From positions 1 to 64,000 of the forward strand of contig JAKFBU010000006.1 in assembly GCA_036676985.1 (NCBI GenBank): DNA of 64,000 nt, read 5' to 3'. The position numbers and the translations under genes are program-made. The stretch comes from Candidatus Sericytochromatia bacterium. GTDB taxonomy: Bacteria > Cyanobacteriota > Sericytochromatia > S15B-MN24 > UBA4093. Position 1 is the first letter of the stretch, and each line of letters opens with the position of its first letter. The notes under the pieces were generated by a model, which saw only the letters and a program-made list of their open reading frames with translations, was not told the origin of the DNA and made no database searches. Of this stretch, positions 49,884 to 58,566 are shown piece by piece.

Positions 49884-50417
49884 TTAGAAGTTCTTGACGT
49901 AGATGACCTTGACGGCGTTGTTGCCCTGCTTGCCGCTGCCCATGAGCTCGTACTTCTCGTTGGCGTTGCCGCTGCGGCGGAAGCTGATGGCGCCGAAGTG
50001 GAGCGGGGTGGTGGGAACCACACCGCTGCCGGCCGCGAGCGTGGTGGTGCCGTCGTTGGGGTTGCGGTTGCCGGTGCCGCTCAGCAGGGCCTCGGTGGCG
50101 GCCACCGGGATGGCGATTTCAGCCGCCTGCTGGGTATTCCAGGGGGTGCGGGGGTAGGCGGCGAGGTAGGACGTGTTGCCGACGACGGCCGCAGCGCCCG
50201 TGATGGCGGCGGGGAAGACGCTGGCGTTGTCGACCGCGTACTGCTCGATGGCCATCTGGACGTTGTGGGCGTTCGACTGGACGCCCGAGTTCTTCGCCTT
50301 GTCCTGGGCGCCCATGAAGTTGGGGACGGCGACCGAGGCCAGGATACCGATGATGACGACGACTACCAGCAGCTCGATGAGGGTGAAGCCGGACTGAGTG
50401 GATGGTTTGCGGGACAT
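49884..50417 (-). CDS. type IV pilin (paralogue A)
   Basis: GGAGG RBS, MSRKPSTQSG/FTLIELL; downstream terminator GGCCGGGGGAC..GTCCCCCGGCC. Confidence 0.92.
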   Translation of the reverse strand: MSRKPSTQSGFTLIELLVVVVIIGILASVAVPNFMGAQDKAKNSGVQSNAHNVQMAIEQYAVDNASVFPAAITGAAAVVGNTSYLAAYPRTPWNTQQAAEIAIPVAATEALLSGTGNRNPNDGTTTLAAGSGVVPTTPLHFGAISFRRSGNANEKYELMGSGKQGNNAVKVIYVKNF

Positions 50418-50486
50418 GGGGTCCTCCATGGAAACGGGTTGGGGATGACGATAGCCGTTTCGGCAAATAGTTTGATCACCCACTAC

Positions 50487-50512
50487 CTTCCCGCTTGGCT
50501 GCCGCTTTAAAC
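50487..50512 (-). promoter_or_regulatory. SigB/SigF-like promoter candidate for pilin A
   Basis: GTTTAA-N14-GGGAAG. Confidence 0.6.
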
Positions 50513-50767
50513 ACGGGAGTAGTTCTCTCCGGTGCGCGGTCGGAATGCCGCTCCAGGCGACGATTGGGCACTGTCAGCGCATCCGCCGGGCCGGCTGTCC
50601 TGGCGCGCCCCGGTCCCGAGGGAGCACGGACGGGCCGTCGGGGGCTCGACTGACGAGCGTTTTTAGCGCGTGTTAAGAGGGTGTTTCGTCACAGCTTTTG
50701 CCGGGTATAGCATGCTAGCGTCGGTGGGCACATGCGCGACGCCGCTCGGGCGGCCAGGACGGGGACG

Positions 50768-51862
50768 ATGTCCGGAGTCAACATTGGACGCCAAGTAGGG
50801 CAAGGCCCTGACATCCGCACTGGGGGCCAGGGTGGCTCTCAGGCGGCCTCGCGCGTCTCGGGCCCCACGCTCGACCCCCTGCAGCAGGCCGCCCAGCAAA
50901 AGCCGGCGGGCCCCACCTACTTCGGCTATCACAACGACTCGTCGATCGCCGCTCGGCTGGCACAGCAGGGCATCGCTCCCAATGCCGTGAACCTGCGCGT
51001 CGCCCAGCAGATGCTGCGCTACGGCATCCCGCTCAGCGCGGACGCCCTCAACCAGTTCCGCCAGCTGTGGCAGGGCATGGGCTCGGCCTCCATGGTGGAG
51101 CTGGAGGCGCTCCTGGCCCTCTTCGCCCAGGGCGTGGAGCTCGCCCCCAAGAACCTCCAGGCCATGACCCAGATGCTCTCGGGCGGCCCCATGAGCCACC
51201 TGATGGCGCAGCTTACCATGTCCTTGAAGAACCAGGCCGTCGGCGGGGCCCAGGTCCAGGAGCTCAAGACCCTCCTGAACGGCTTCTGGAAGCTCGGCAG
51301 CGGCCCGGAGCAGCTGGGCGCGGAGCTCGGGCAGTTCCAGCAGCTGTTCAAGAAGCTCGATCGTACGCTCACTGCCCTGGATCCCCAGCGCACGCCGCCC
51401 GAGTTGATGAGCGACCTCGCGCAGCTCAAGGACCTCTTGCACGCCCAGCAGATGCTGGTCCGCAACCCCAACACCTCGGTCTACGTGCCCTTCTACCAGT
51501 GGCGAGATCAGCAGCCCATGCCGGGCGAATTGCTGGTCGAGACCGACGACAACCCGAGCTTCCAGGCGGCGGGCTTCGCGCAGGTGACGCTCGCGGTGGA
51601 TACCCGCAACCTCGGCCGCATGACCATCGACTTCACCACCGTCCGGGGCCACCTCTCGGTCAAGCTGGAGGTCCAGGACCAGGCCACCAAGCAGTTCCTC
51701 GAGCGGGGGCTGCCCGACCTGCGCCACCGGCTCACCTTCCGCACGCCCTACCAGGTGGCGACCATCCAGTGCTCGGAGACGGGGCAGACCCGGGCCATCA
51801 GCGTCCTCTTGCCGCGCCGGCGGGACCTCCGCAAGCTCGGCCGCGCCATCGGGGTGATCTAG
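50768..51862 (+). CDS. FliK-like protein (C-terminal hook-length-control/T3S4-type domain)
   Basis: C-terminal V.L.VDTRNLG.M.I.......LSVKL......TKQFLE..LP.L..RL; disordered G/Q-rich N-terminus; precedes an FlhB-C-like gene. Confidence 0.65.
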   Translation: MSGVNIGRQVGQGPDIRTGGQGGSQAASRVSGPTLDPLQQAAQQKPAGPTYFGYHNDSSIAARLAQQGIAPNAVNLRVAQQMLRYGIPLSADALNQFRQLWQGMGSASMVELEALLALFAQGVELAPKNLQAMTQMLSGGPMSHLMAQLTMSLKNQAVGGAQVQELKTLLNGFWKLGSGPEQLGAELGQFQQLFKKLDRTLTALDPQRTPPELMSDLAQLKDLLHAQQMLVRNPNTSVYVPFYQWRDQQPMPGELLVETDDNPSFQAAGFAQVTLAVDTRNLGRMTIDFTTVRGHLSVKLEVQDQATKQFLERGLPDLRHRLTFRTPYQVATIQCSETGQTRAISVLLPRRRDLRKLGRAIGVI

Positions 51863-52066
51863 ATGCCCGAGCCCAAGAAACTCATGTCCCGGGCCCTCAC
51901 CAAGCCGGGTCAGCCCACCCACCCGGCCGTGGCCGAGATCCTGGAGGGCCTCGCGGTCCAGAATGCCGTCCCCGCCGAGCTGATGCCGGCCATCGCCGAG
52001 ATGCTGACGTACATCTATCAGATGGATGACGTCGCCGAGAAGCGCAAGCAGATCCAGAGGAGGTAA
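51863..52066 (+). CDS. truncated FlhB cytoplasmic-domain-like (FlhX/YlqH-like) protein
   Basis: VPAELMPAIAEMLTYIYQMD resembles the FlhB C-terminus IP.ELY.AVAE.L..IY. Confidence 0.6.
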   Translation: MPEPKKLMSRALTKPGQPTHPAVAEILEGLAVQNAVPAELMPAIAEMLTYIYQMDDVAEKRKQIQRR

Positions 52067-52068
52067 GC

Positions 52069-52806
52069 GTGCTCAGGGGTATTTATTCGGCCGCCAGCGG
52101 CATGAACTTCCAGATGCAGCAGGTGGACCTCATCGCCAACAACCTCGCGAACGTCCAGACCAACGGCTTCAAGCGCCAGGAGCTGCTCGGCAGCTCCTTC
52201 GGCGACCTCCTGGTCCAGTTCATGAACCAGGCCCCCGGCACCGAGGCCGCCATCGGCACGGGCGTCAAGGTCGACGGCGTGGCCCGCTTCGAGACGGCGG
52301 GCAACCTGGTCCAGACGGGCAACAAGTTCAACTTCGCCCTCGCGGGCCCCGGCTACTTCCTGACCCGCGGCATGGACGGGGTCGAGAAGGTGACCCGCGA
52401 CGGGGACTTCCAGCTGGACGCCCAGGCTCGCCTCATCACCCGCTCGGGCGACTTCGTGCTCGACGTCAACCGCCGACCGATCACCCTCGCGGGGGACCTG
52501 ACGTCCATGAAGGTCGGCGACGACGGCACCATCTCCCTCAACGAGGCCCCCTACACCCGGATGCTGGTGGTCAACCCTCCGGCGTCCGCCCTCGAGACCC
52601 AGTTCCCCGTGGCCCCTCCGGGCCTCGCCGCGGCGCCCAACGCCGGCGTCAAGCAGGGCTTCCTCGAGTCCTCGAACGTCAACGTCGTGACCGAGATGGT
52701 GTCCATGATGACGGCCAACCGGGCCTACGGCTTCGGCCAGAAGATCATCTCGGCCCACGACCAGATTCTCCAGAAGGCCGCCAACGACCTCGGCCGGATG
52801 TCCTAG
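52069..52806 (+). CDS. flgF: flagellar rod protein, FlgF/FlgG family
   Basis: MLRGIYSAASGM, IANNLANV.TNGFK, TRDGDF, LESSNVN.V.EM. Confidence 0.85.
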   Translation: MLRGIYSAASGMNFQMQQVDLIANNLANVQTNGFKRQELLGSSFGDLLVQFMNQAPGTEAAIGTGVKVDGVARFETAGNLVQTGNKFNFALAGPGYFLTRGMDGVEKVTRDGDFQLDAQARLITRSGDFVLDVNRRPITLAGDLTSMKVGDDGTISLNEAPYTRMLVVNPPASALETQFPVAPPGLAAAPNAGVKQGFLESSNVNVVTEMVSMMTANRAYGFGQKIISAHDQILQKAANDLGRMS

Positions 52807-52834
52807 CCTCCCGCGCAAGAAAAGGAGACGCCCC

Positions 52835-53602
52835 ATGATCCACGCCATTTGGACGGCCGCGACGGGCATGCAGGCCCAGCAGATGCGCATCGACACGATC
52901 GCCAACAACCTTTCAAATGTGAACACCACGAGCTACAAGCGCTCGACGGTGGACTTCCAGGATCTCCTCTACCAGACGATCAACCAGCCGGGCACCGATG
53001 CCGCGGGCGTGCAGATCGGTCTGGGCGTGCGACCGGTCGCCGTCACCAAGCTCTACGAGCAGGGCAACCTCCAGATCACCAACAACCCGCTGGACGTCGC
53101 CATCGACGGAGACGGCTTCTTCCAGGTCACCCAGGCCAACGGACAGGTCGCCTACACCCGCGACGGCTCCTTCAAGATGGACCAGGCGGGTCGTCTGGTC
53201 ACCTCGACCGGAGCGGTACTCGAGCCGCCCGTGACCGTCCCGCCCGGCACCCAGGGCCTCACGATCCGCGCCGACGGCACGGTGTTCGGCACGACGCCCG
53301 GGGCCACCGAGCAGTCGATCCTGGGCAACATTCTGCTCACGACCTTCGTCAATCCGGCTGGTCTCCAGTCGCTGGGCAACAACCTCATGATCGAGACCTC
53401 GGCCTCGGGAGCGCCCCAGCAGCTGCAGCCGACCCTTGACGGAGCGGGTAAGCTCAGGCAAGGTGCATTGGAGGCCTCCAACGTCGAGTTGGTGCGGGAG
53501 ATGGTCATGATGATCGCCACCCAGAAGGCCTACGACACCAGCTCCAAGGCCATCATGGTCTCGGACAAGATGATGGAGACCGCCAACCAGCTGCAGCGGT
53601 AA
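52835..53602 (+). CDS. flgG: flagellar distal rod protein FlgG
   Basis: ATGMQAQQ.RID.IANNLSNVNT, FQDLLYQ, YTRDGSF, LEASNV. Confidence 0.92.
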   Translation: MIHAIWTAATGMQAQQMRIDTIANNLSNVNTTSYKRSTVDFQDLLYQTINQPGTDAAGVQIGLGVRPVAVTKLYEQGNLQITNNPLDVAIDGDGFFQVTQANGQVAYTRDGSFKMDQAGRLVTSTGAVLEPPVTVPPGTQGLTIRADGTVFGTTPGATEQSILGNILLTTFVNPAGLQSLGNNLMIETSASGAPQQLQPTLDGAGKLRQGALEASNVELVREMVMMIATQKAYDTSSKAIMVSDKMMETANQLQR

Positions 53603-53613
53603 CCGGAGGACCC

Positions 53614-54354
53614 TTGGCTCTCGCCCTTTCCCGAATCCCCATGCTCGCCGCAGGACTGGCCTTCGTGCTGGTCCTGTGGGCCCCGGGCGCCCTCGCGGCG
53701 TCCTTGCGGGAGCAGGACGTGGTCGACGTCGTCGCGTCCCACGTGGCCCAGCGCTATCAAGTTGGGCGCGATCGCGTCGAGATCGATTGGGAGGGGCCGG
53801 GGCTCACGACGCTGTTGCGGGCGCCGCTCCCCAAGGGCACGGTGGACCTTGCGATCACGGGGCAGCCGAGGCTCATCGGACGGGTGGCGATTCCCCTGGA
53901 GCTCTCGGTCGACGGCAAGCGCCAGCGCACCATCTATCCGCGCCTGTCCATCAAGGTCTGGCAGGACGTGTGGGTAGCCGAGGACCGGATCCGGCGCGGG
54001 GAGCTCTTCGAGCCGGCCATGGCCAAGGCCGCCCGGCGAAGCCTCGAGACGGTGATGGGGGCGCCCCCGTCGAGCCTCAAGGGCCTCACGGGAGCGACGG
54101 CCAAGCGGGAGATTCCCGCGGGCAGCGTGCTGGTGGCCGAGATGTTCGCCATGCCGCCCCTGGTCAAGAACGGCACCATGGTGACGGTGCGGCTCGTCAG
54201 CGGGGAGCTGACCATCGTCACGCGCGGGCAGGCCATCGGCAACGGGACGTACGGTCAGCTCATCAAGGTCACCAACCCGGACACTCACAAGGACTACGTC
54301 GCGCGGGTGATCGGCAACGACGAGGTCGAGATCACCCTCGAGGAGGCGCCCTAA
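53614..54354 (+). CDS. flgA: P-ring chaperone FlgA
   Basis: Signal peptide, SAF-like domain, G.A..NG..G..IKV.N; lies between flgG and flgH. Confidence 0.82.
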   Translation: MALALSRIPMLAAGLAFVLVLWAPGALAASLREQDVVDVVASHVAQRYQVGRDRVEIDWEGPGLTTLLRAPLPKGTVDLAITGQPRLIGRVAIPLELSVDGKRQRTIYPRLSIKVWQDVWVAEDRIRRGELFEPAMAKAARRSLETVMGAPPSSLKGLTGATAKREIPAGSVLVAEMFAMPPLVKNGTMVTVRLVSGELTIVTRGQAIGNGTYGQLIKVTNPDTHKDYVARVIGNDEVEITLEEAP

Positions 54355-54953
54355 TGCGAACGATACTGCGAGCCGCCCTGGCGGCACTGGTGCTCACGGC
54401 CGCGACCCCCGCGCTGGCCGATAGCCTCTACTCCGAGGACGCGGGCGGGATCCTGAGCGACCGGTTGGGCGATCGCCGCTCGATGCTGGGCCCGGGAGCG
54501 CTCATCACGGTGGTGGTGAACGAGAACATGATCGCAAGCTCCGGCGCCAACACCAAGACCTCCAAGGTCGGTCGCGCCCAGGCCAACTGGAACTTCGGCA
54601 GCCTCCTGCCCCAGGTCACCTCCAGCACCCTGGACCTGGGCGGCCGGACCGAGTTCCAGGGCGACGGCGTCACCAAGCGCGCCGACACCATCACCCTATT
54701 GGTCGCCGCCACCATCGAGGAGGTCCTGCCGGACGGCAGCCTGCGCATCGGCGGCAAGAAGAACATGCGGGTCAACGACGAGGAGAGCACCGTCGAGATC
54801 GCGGGCGTCATCCGACCCTACGACATCGACGAGAGCAACCGGGTCCAGTCGACCAAGGTCGCCAACCTCAAGCTCGACTTCAAGGGCACGGGCACGGCGA
54901 GCGCCAAGGCCATGCCGGGCATCCTCACCCGTCTCTTCAACTGGCTCTTCTAG
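54354..54953 (+). CDS. flgH: flagellar L-ring protein FlgH
   Basis: C-terminal part of ORF 53676..54953; G.LITV.V.E, V..VLPDG.L.I.G.K...VN.E, G.IRP.DI...N.V.STKVAN. Confidence 0.85.
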   Translation: MRTILRAALAALVLTAATPALADSLYSEDAGGILSDRLGDRRSMLGPGALITVVVNENMIASSGANTKTSKVGRAQANWNFGSLLPQVTSSTLDLGGRTEFQGDGVTKRADTITLLVAATIEEVLPDGSLRIGGKKNMRVNDEESTVEIAGVIRPYDIDESNRVQSTKVANLKLDFKGTGTASAKAMPGILTRLFNWLF

Positions 54954-54965
54954 GAGGTTCGATCC

Positions 54966-56090
54966 ATGCGCGCGCTCAAGCTGGCGACGGCCCTCGCCCT
55001 CCTCGCGACCTTTCTGGCGACGCCTCTGCAGGCGCAGACCATGCGCAACGGCACGCCCATCCGCCTCAAGGACATCGCCACCATCCAGGGGGCCCAGGAC
55101 AACCAGATCCAGGGCCTGGGGCTCGTCATCGGCCTCAACCAGACCGGCGACACCACCTCGACGGGCTTCACCGAGCGCATCCTCAAGAACTTCATCATGA
55201 ACTCGGGCGTCTACATCCCCCAGGACAAGGTCCGGGTCAAGAACGTGGCCGCGGTCGCCGTGCGCGCCAACCTGCCGCCCTTCTACAAGCCGGGCCAGAA
55301 GATCGACGTGACGGTGGCCTCCATCGGCGACGCCAAGAGCCTTGCTGACGGCGTGCTCATCGGCGCCGAGCTCAAGGGGCCCGACGGCAAGGTCTACGCC
55401 ACGGCCGAGGGCCCGCTCTCGACGGGCGGGTTCGGCGTCGAGGTCAACGGCAGCCAGGTCCGCAAGAACCAGACGCTGGTCGCCCGGATCCCGAACGGCG
55501 GCATCGTCCAGCGCGAGGTGCCCGTCACCATGCTGGACGCCAACGGCTTCATGCACATCAACCTCAACCAGCCGGACTTCGTGACGGCGAGCCGCATGGC
55601 GAGCACCATCACCAAGGGCCTGCTGGGCCAGGCCCAGGCCATCGACGGCGGTACGGTGCGGATCTACGTCAACTCGACCTACCGGGACAACCTGGTGGAC
55701 CTGATCGCCCGTCTGGAGCAGCTGCCGGTGCTGCCGGACGCCGTGGCCAAGGTCATCATCGAGGAGCGCACGGGGACCGTGGTCCTGGGCAGCAACGTCC
55801 GGATCGGCGCGGTCGCCGTCACTCACGGGGGCCTGGTGGTCAAGGTGGACACCAAGCAGACGGTCTCGCAGCCCAACGCCCTGTCGGGCGGCGGCACGGC
55901 CATCACCACCGAGTCCACGATCACCGCCGAAGAGGAGAAGGCCAAGAGCGTCGTCTTCGAGTCCGGCACGACTCTCGGCCAGCTGGTCCGGGCGCTCAAC
56001 GCCCTCGGCACCACCCCGCGCGACATGATCTCGATCCTGCAGGCCGTCAAGGCCACCGGAGCCCTGAACGCCCAGCTCGAACTCATCTAG
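54966..56090 (+). CDS. flgI: flagellar P-ring protein FlgI
   Basis: RLKDIA, GLGLVIGL..TGD, KNVAAV.V.A.LPPF, ERTGTVV, LV.ALNALG.TP.D. Confidence 0.93.
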   Translation: MRALKLATALALLATFLATPLQAQTMRNGTPIRLKDIATIQGAQDNQIQGLGLVIGLNQTGDTTSTGFTERILKNFIMNSGVYIPQDKVRVKNVAAVAVRANLPPFYKPGQKIDVTVASIGDAKSLADGVLIGAELKGPDGKVYATAEGPLSTGGFGVEVNGSQVRKNQTLVARIPNGGIVQREVPVTMLDANGFMHINLNQPDFVTASRMASTITKGLLGQAQAIDGGTVRIYVNSTYRDNLVDLIARLEQLPVLPDAVAKVIIEERTGTVVLGSNVRIGAVAVTHGGLVVKVDTKQTVSQPNALSGGGTAITTESTITAEEEKAKSVVFESGTTLGQLVRALNALGTTPRDMISILQAVKATGALNAQLELI

Positions 56091-56103
56091 TAGGGAGGTT
56101 CCC

Positions 56104-56457
56104 ATGGAGATCAACGGCCTGCCGCTGCCGCCTCGCCTGCCCAGCACTCCGGCTTCCTTGCTCTCGGAGATCGACGGGACGTTACCTTCGGCCCGTCGCG
56201 AGGTACAACAAGGAGGAATACGGGAGGCGGCGGAGAGTTTCGCCTCTTACCTGTACGCCCAGGTGTTCTCCCAGATGCGGCCCGAGGATTCCCAGGAGGA
56301 AGGCGGGTTGTTTTCCGGGGAGCAGTCCGGCATGTTCATGGACTTCTTCGATCAGGCTCTCGGCAAGCAGTACGCCTCTCACGGCGGCAACGTGCTGGTG
56401 GAGCAGCTGGTCAAGCAGTTGAGCCAGGGCAAGGGCGAGCAGGGCAAGGTGGACTAG
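56104..56457 (+). CDS. flgJ: FlgJ N-terminal rod-binding domain protein (no muramidase)
   Basis: AAESF.S.....VF.QMR, F.DF.DQ.....A......L.E.L..QL; directly after flgI. Confidence 0.7.
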   Translation: MEINGLPLPPRLPSTPASLLSEIDGTLPSARREVQQGGIREAAESFASYLYAQVFSQMRPEDSQEEGGLFSGEQSGMFMDFFDQALGKQYASHGGNVLVEQLVKQLSQGKGEQGKVD

Positions 56458-56493
56458 CGGACGCGTTGCGCCTGCAAGCGTGGGAGTTATCCG

Positions 56494-57225
56494 TTGAAGA
56501 AACCGGTTGTGTCCCCAGGGAAGCGAACGCTCGATAACGCCGCCATCAAGCAGTACATGCCGATGGTGCGGGCGATCGCGCGTCGCATCTCCACGAAACT
56601 GCCCCGTCACTACGACCTCGAGGACCTGGTTTCCGATGGCATCATGGGCCTGATGGCCGCCTCGGAGCGCTTCGACCCCGAGCGCGGCGTCAAGTTCGAG
56701 ACCTTCGCCACGTATTACATCAAGGGCGCCATCCTCGACAACCTGCCCAAGCTGCCCACGGTTCCCAAGAGTCAGCGGATGCAGGCGGCCATGGCCCAGG
56801 CCCAGGCCGAGACCGACGGCACGACCCTCGACGAGGGGGAGCAGGCCGAGTCGGACGCGTCGGTCCTGGTGAACCAGATCCAGCAGCTGACCTACTCGTA
56901 CATCCTGTCCCTGGACGCGCCGGCGGGCTCGGACGGCGAGGAGAACTTCTCGCTCCTGAACCAGCTGGGGGCCTCGGACACGATCCAGCACGAGATGGAG
57001 CTGGAGGAGCTGCAGCAGTTGCTGCGCCTGACCATCGAGCAGCTGCCGGTGCAGGAGCGCACGACGCTGCGCTGCTACTACTTCCAGAAGATGTCCTTCA
57101 ACGAGATCGGCCAGAAGCTGGGGCTTTCCGAGTCGTGGGTGAGCCGCATCCACCGCAGGGCCCTCGAGCAGTTGAAGCAGAAGCTTGGGAAGAAGAAGAG
57201 TCTCGACGACTTCATCAGCTGGTAA
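56494..57225 (+). CDS. fliA: FliA/WhiG-family (sigma-28-like) sigma factor
   Basis: Y.PMVR.IA, EDLVSDG.MGL, FDP.RGVKFETFA...IKGAILD, LSLD, region 4 EIGQKLGLSES.VS.IH. Confidence 0.8.
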   Translation: MKKPVVSPGKRTLDNAAIKQYMPMVRAIARRISTKLPRHYDLEDLVSDGIMGLMAASERFDPERGVKFETFATYYIKGAILDNLPKLPTVPKSQRMQAAMAQAQAETDGTTLDEGEQAESDASVLVNQIQQLTYSYILSLDAPAGSDGEENFSLLNQLGASDTIQHEMELEELQQLLRLTIEQLPVQERTTLRCYYFQKMSFNEIGQKLGLSESWVSRIHRRALEQLKQKLGKKKSLDDFISW

Positions 57226-57237
57226 CCCAGTTACCAC

Positions 57238-57385
57238 CCCCCCCTTCCCCCCCTGCTTCGCAAGGGGGGCTTTTTCTGCGGACGGCCCCCTGGCGGGGGC
57301 AGATTCCTTGTGGGCTACTCACTCGACCATCCTGCGCAGCAGGACTCCCTGGGCCCCCCTTGCGAAGCAGGGGGGGAAGGGGGGG
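57238..57385. repeat. long C/G-run inverted repeat (REP-like family C)
   Basis: CCCCCCCTTCCCCCCCTGCTTCGCAAGGGGGGC and its exact inverse ~80 bp downstream; related C/G-run hairpins at ~58576-58637. Confidence 0.75.
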
Positions 57386-57661
57386 TAAACAGCCGGGACT
57401 CGTGCGATCGCCCCCGTCACAAATCGATTAACTTAACGCAATGTTTACACTATTTAGCGCTTGTTTGGGTATGACTAAACAGGGGCCTACTCTCTCCTAC
57501 CTTCCGCCCGGAAGGCAGTCGCAGCCACTCCCAGGGGTGGGGACTACAGAATTTCTGTGCATGTACATAACGCACCGACATCCCGGTGCGCGTGAGCGAT
57601 ACTCAAGGTAGCGCGGTGTCTCCGTGCCCAGGTACCGGGCGCGGCGCAGGAGGTAGCAACC

Positions 57662-58081
57662 GTGATCAGTCGCGAAGTCCGTGGGCTCGAGCGTGCGATG
57701 GACGCCCTGTCGGCGCGTTTCTCCACCCAGTCCAACAATATCGCCAACGTCAACACGCCCGGCTACGCCCGGCAGGACGTCCACTTCGAGGACGCCCTGG
57801 CGACGGCCATCGACTCCGAGCCGTCCGCCGGCATGGCGACGGCCCAGAGCCCGCTGAGCGCCTTGATCGGCTCGCCCAATCAGAACCCGGGCGACCTCCT
57901 GGAGCTCTTCAACCCGACCGCCACGGTTGCCAAGGGCAGCGCCCAGCGCGTCGACGGCAACGGCACCACCCTCGAGTACGAGATGAGCCAGATGGTCCAG
58001 ACGGCCCAGAAGTTCAACGCCGTCGCCACCCAGATTGCCACCCAGTACCGCACCTTCAAGTACATCACGGACCAGAAGTAG
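57662..58081 (+). CDS. flgB: flagellar proximal rod protein FlgB
   Basis: NNIANVNTPGY...DV.FE, R.DGN....E.EM. Confidence 0.9.
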   Translation: MISREVRGLERAMDALSARFSTQSNNIANVNTPGYARQDVHFEDALATAIDSEPSAGMATAQSPLSALIGSPNQNPGDLLELFNPTATVAKGSAQRVDGNGTTLEYEMSQMVQTAQKFNAVATQIATQYRTFKYITDQK

Positions 58082-58158
58082 TCGGGACGCGGATCAGCAC
58101 GGGTAGTTAAGGCTCGGAGTTAGGGTACAAGCAGGTTACGGGGATTCAGGAGGTTCGT

Positions 58159-58566
58159 GTGAGCTTACATGATGTCTACAACGTCGGGGCGAGCGCCATG
58201 ACCGCCAACCGCTTCTGGTTGGAGGCCATCTCCAACAACATGGCCAACGCCAACGTCACCCGCACCCCCGAGGGCGGCCCCTACAAGCGCCAGATGCCCG
58301 TGTTCCAGCAGATCCTCGACGAGGAGACGGGGGCCGGCAAGGGCGTGGAGGTCGTCGGCACCGTCCGCGACACCACCGAGGGCCAGCTGGTCTACAAGCC
58401 GGGCCACCCGGACGCCGACGCCGCCGGCTTCGTGCGCATGCCCAACGTCAACGTCGTCACCGAGATGGTCGACATGATCACCGTCCAGCGCTCGTACGAC
58501 GCCAACGTCTCGACCGTCAACGCCGCCAAGAACATGGTGACCAAGGCTTTGGAAATCGGTAGGTAA
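58159..58566 (+). CDS. flgC: flagellar proximal rod protein FlgC
   Basis: NMANAN.TRTPEGGPYKR, Y.PGHPDA...G.V.MPNVN...EM.D.I...RSY.AN. Confidence 0.93.
   Translation: MSLHDVYNVGASAMTANRFWLEAISNNMANANVTRTPEGGPYKRQMPVFQQILDEETGAGKGVEVVGTVRDTTEGQLVYKPGHPDADAAGFVRMPNVNVVTEMVDMITVQRSYDANVSTVNAAKNMVTKALEIGR

Noticed and set aside
48682-50417. Electrically conductive (e-pilin) interpretation, given the xap-like ABC neighbours
   Set aside because: These are long pilins with modest aromatic content (about 12 F/Y/W in ~167 residues for pilin A) and no aromatic at position 27.
48073-50417. Diversity-generating retroelement or shufflon acting on the pilins
   Set aside because: No reverse transcriptase or recombinase in the window; differences include an indel and do not look adenine-restricted.
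57473-57661. c-di-GMP riboswitch before flgB
   Set aside because: The GGCAAA..GAAA..GACGCAAAGC type consensus is not present; kept only as an unknown structured leader.
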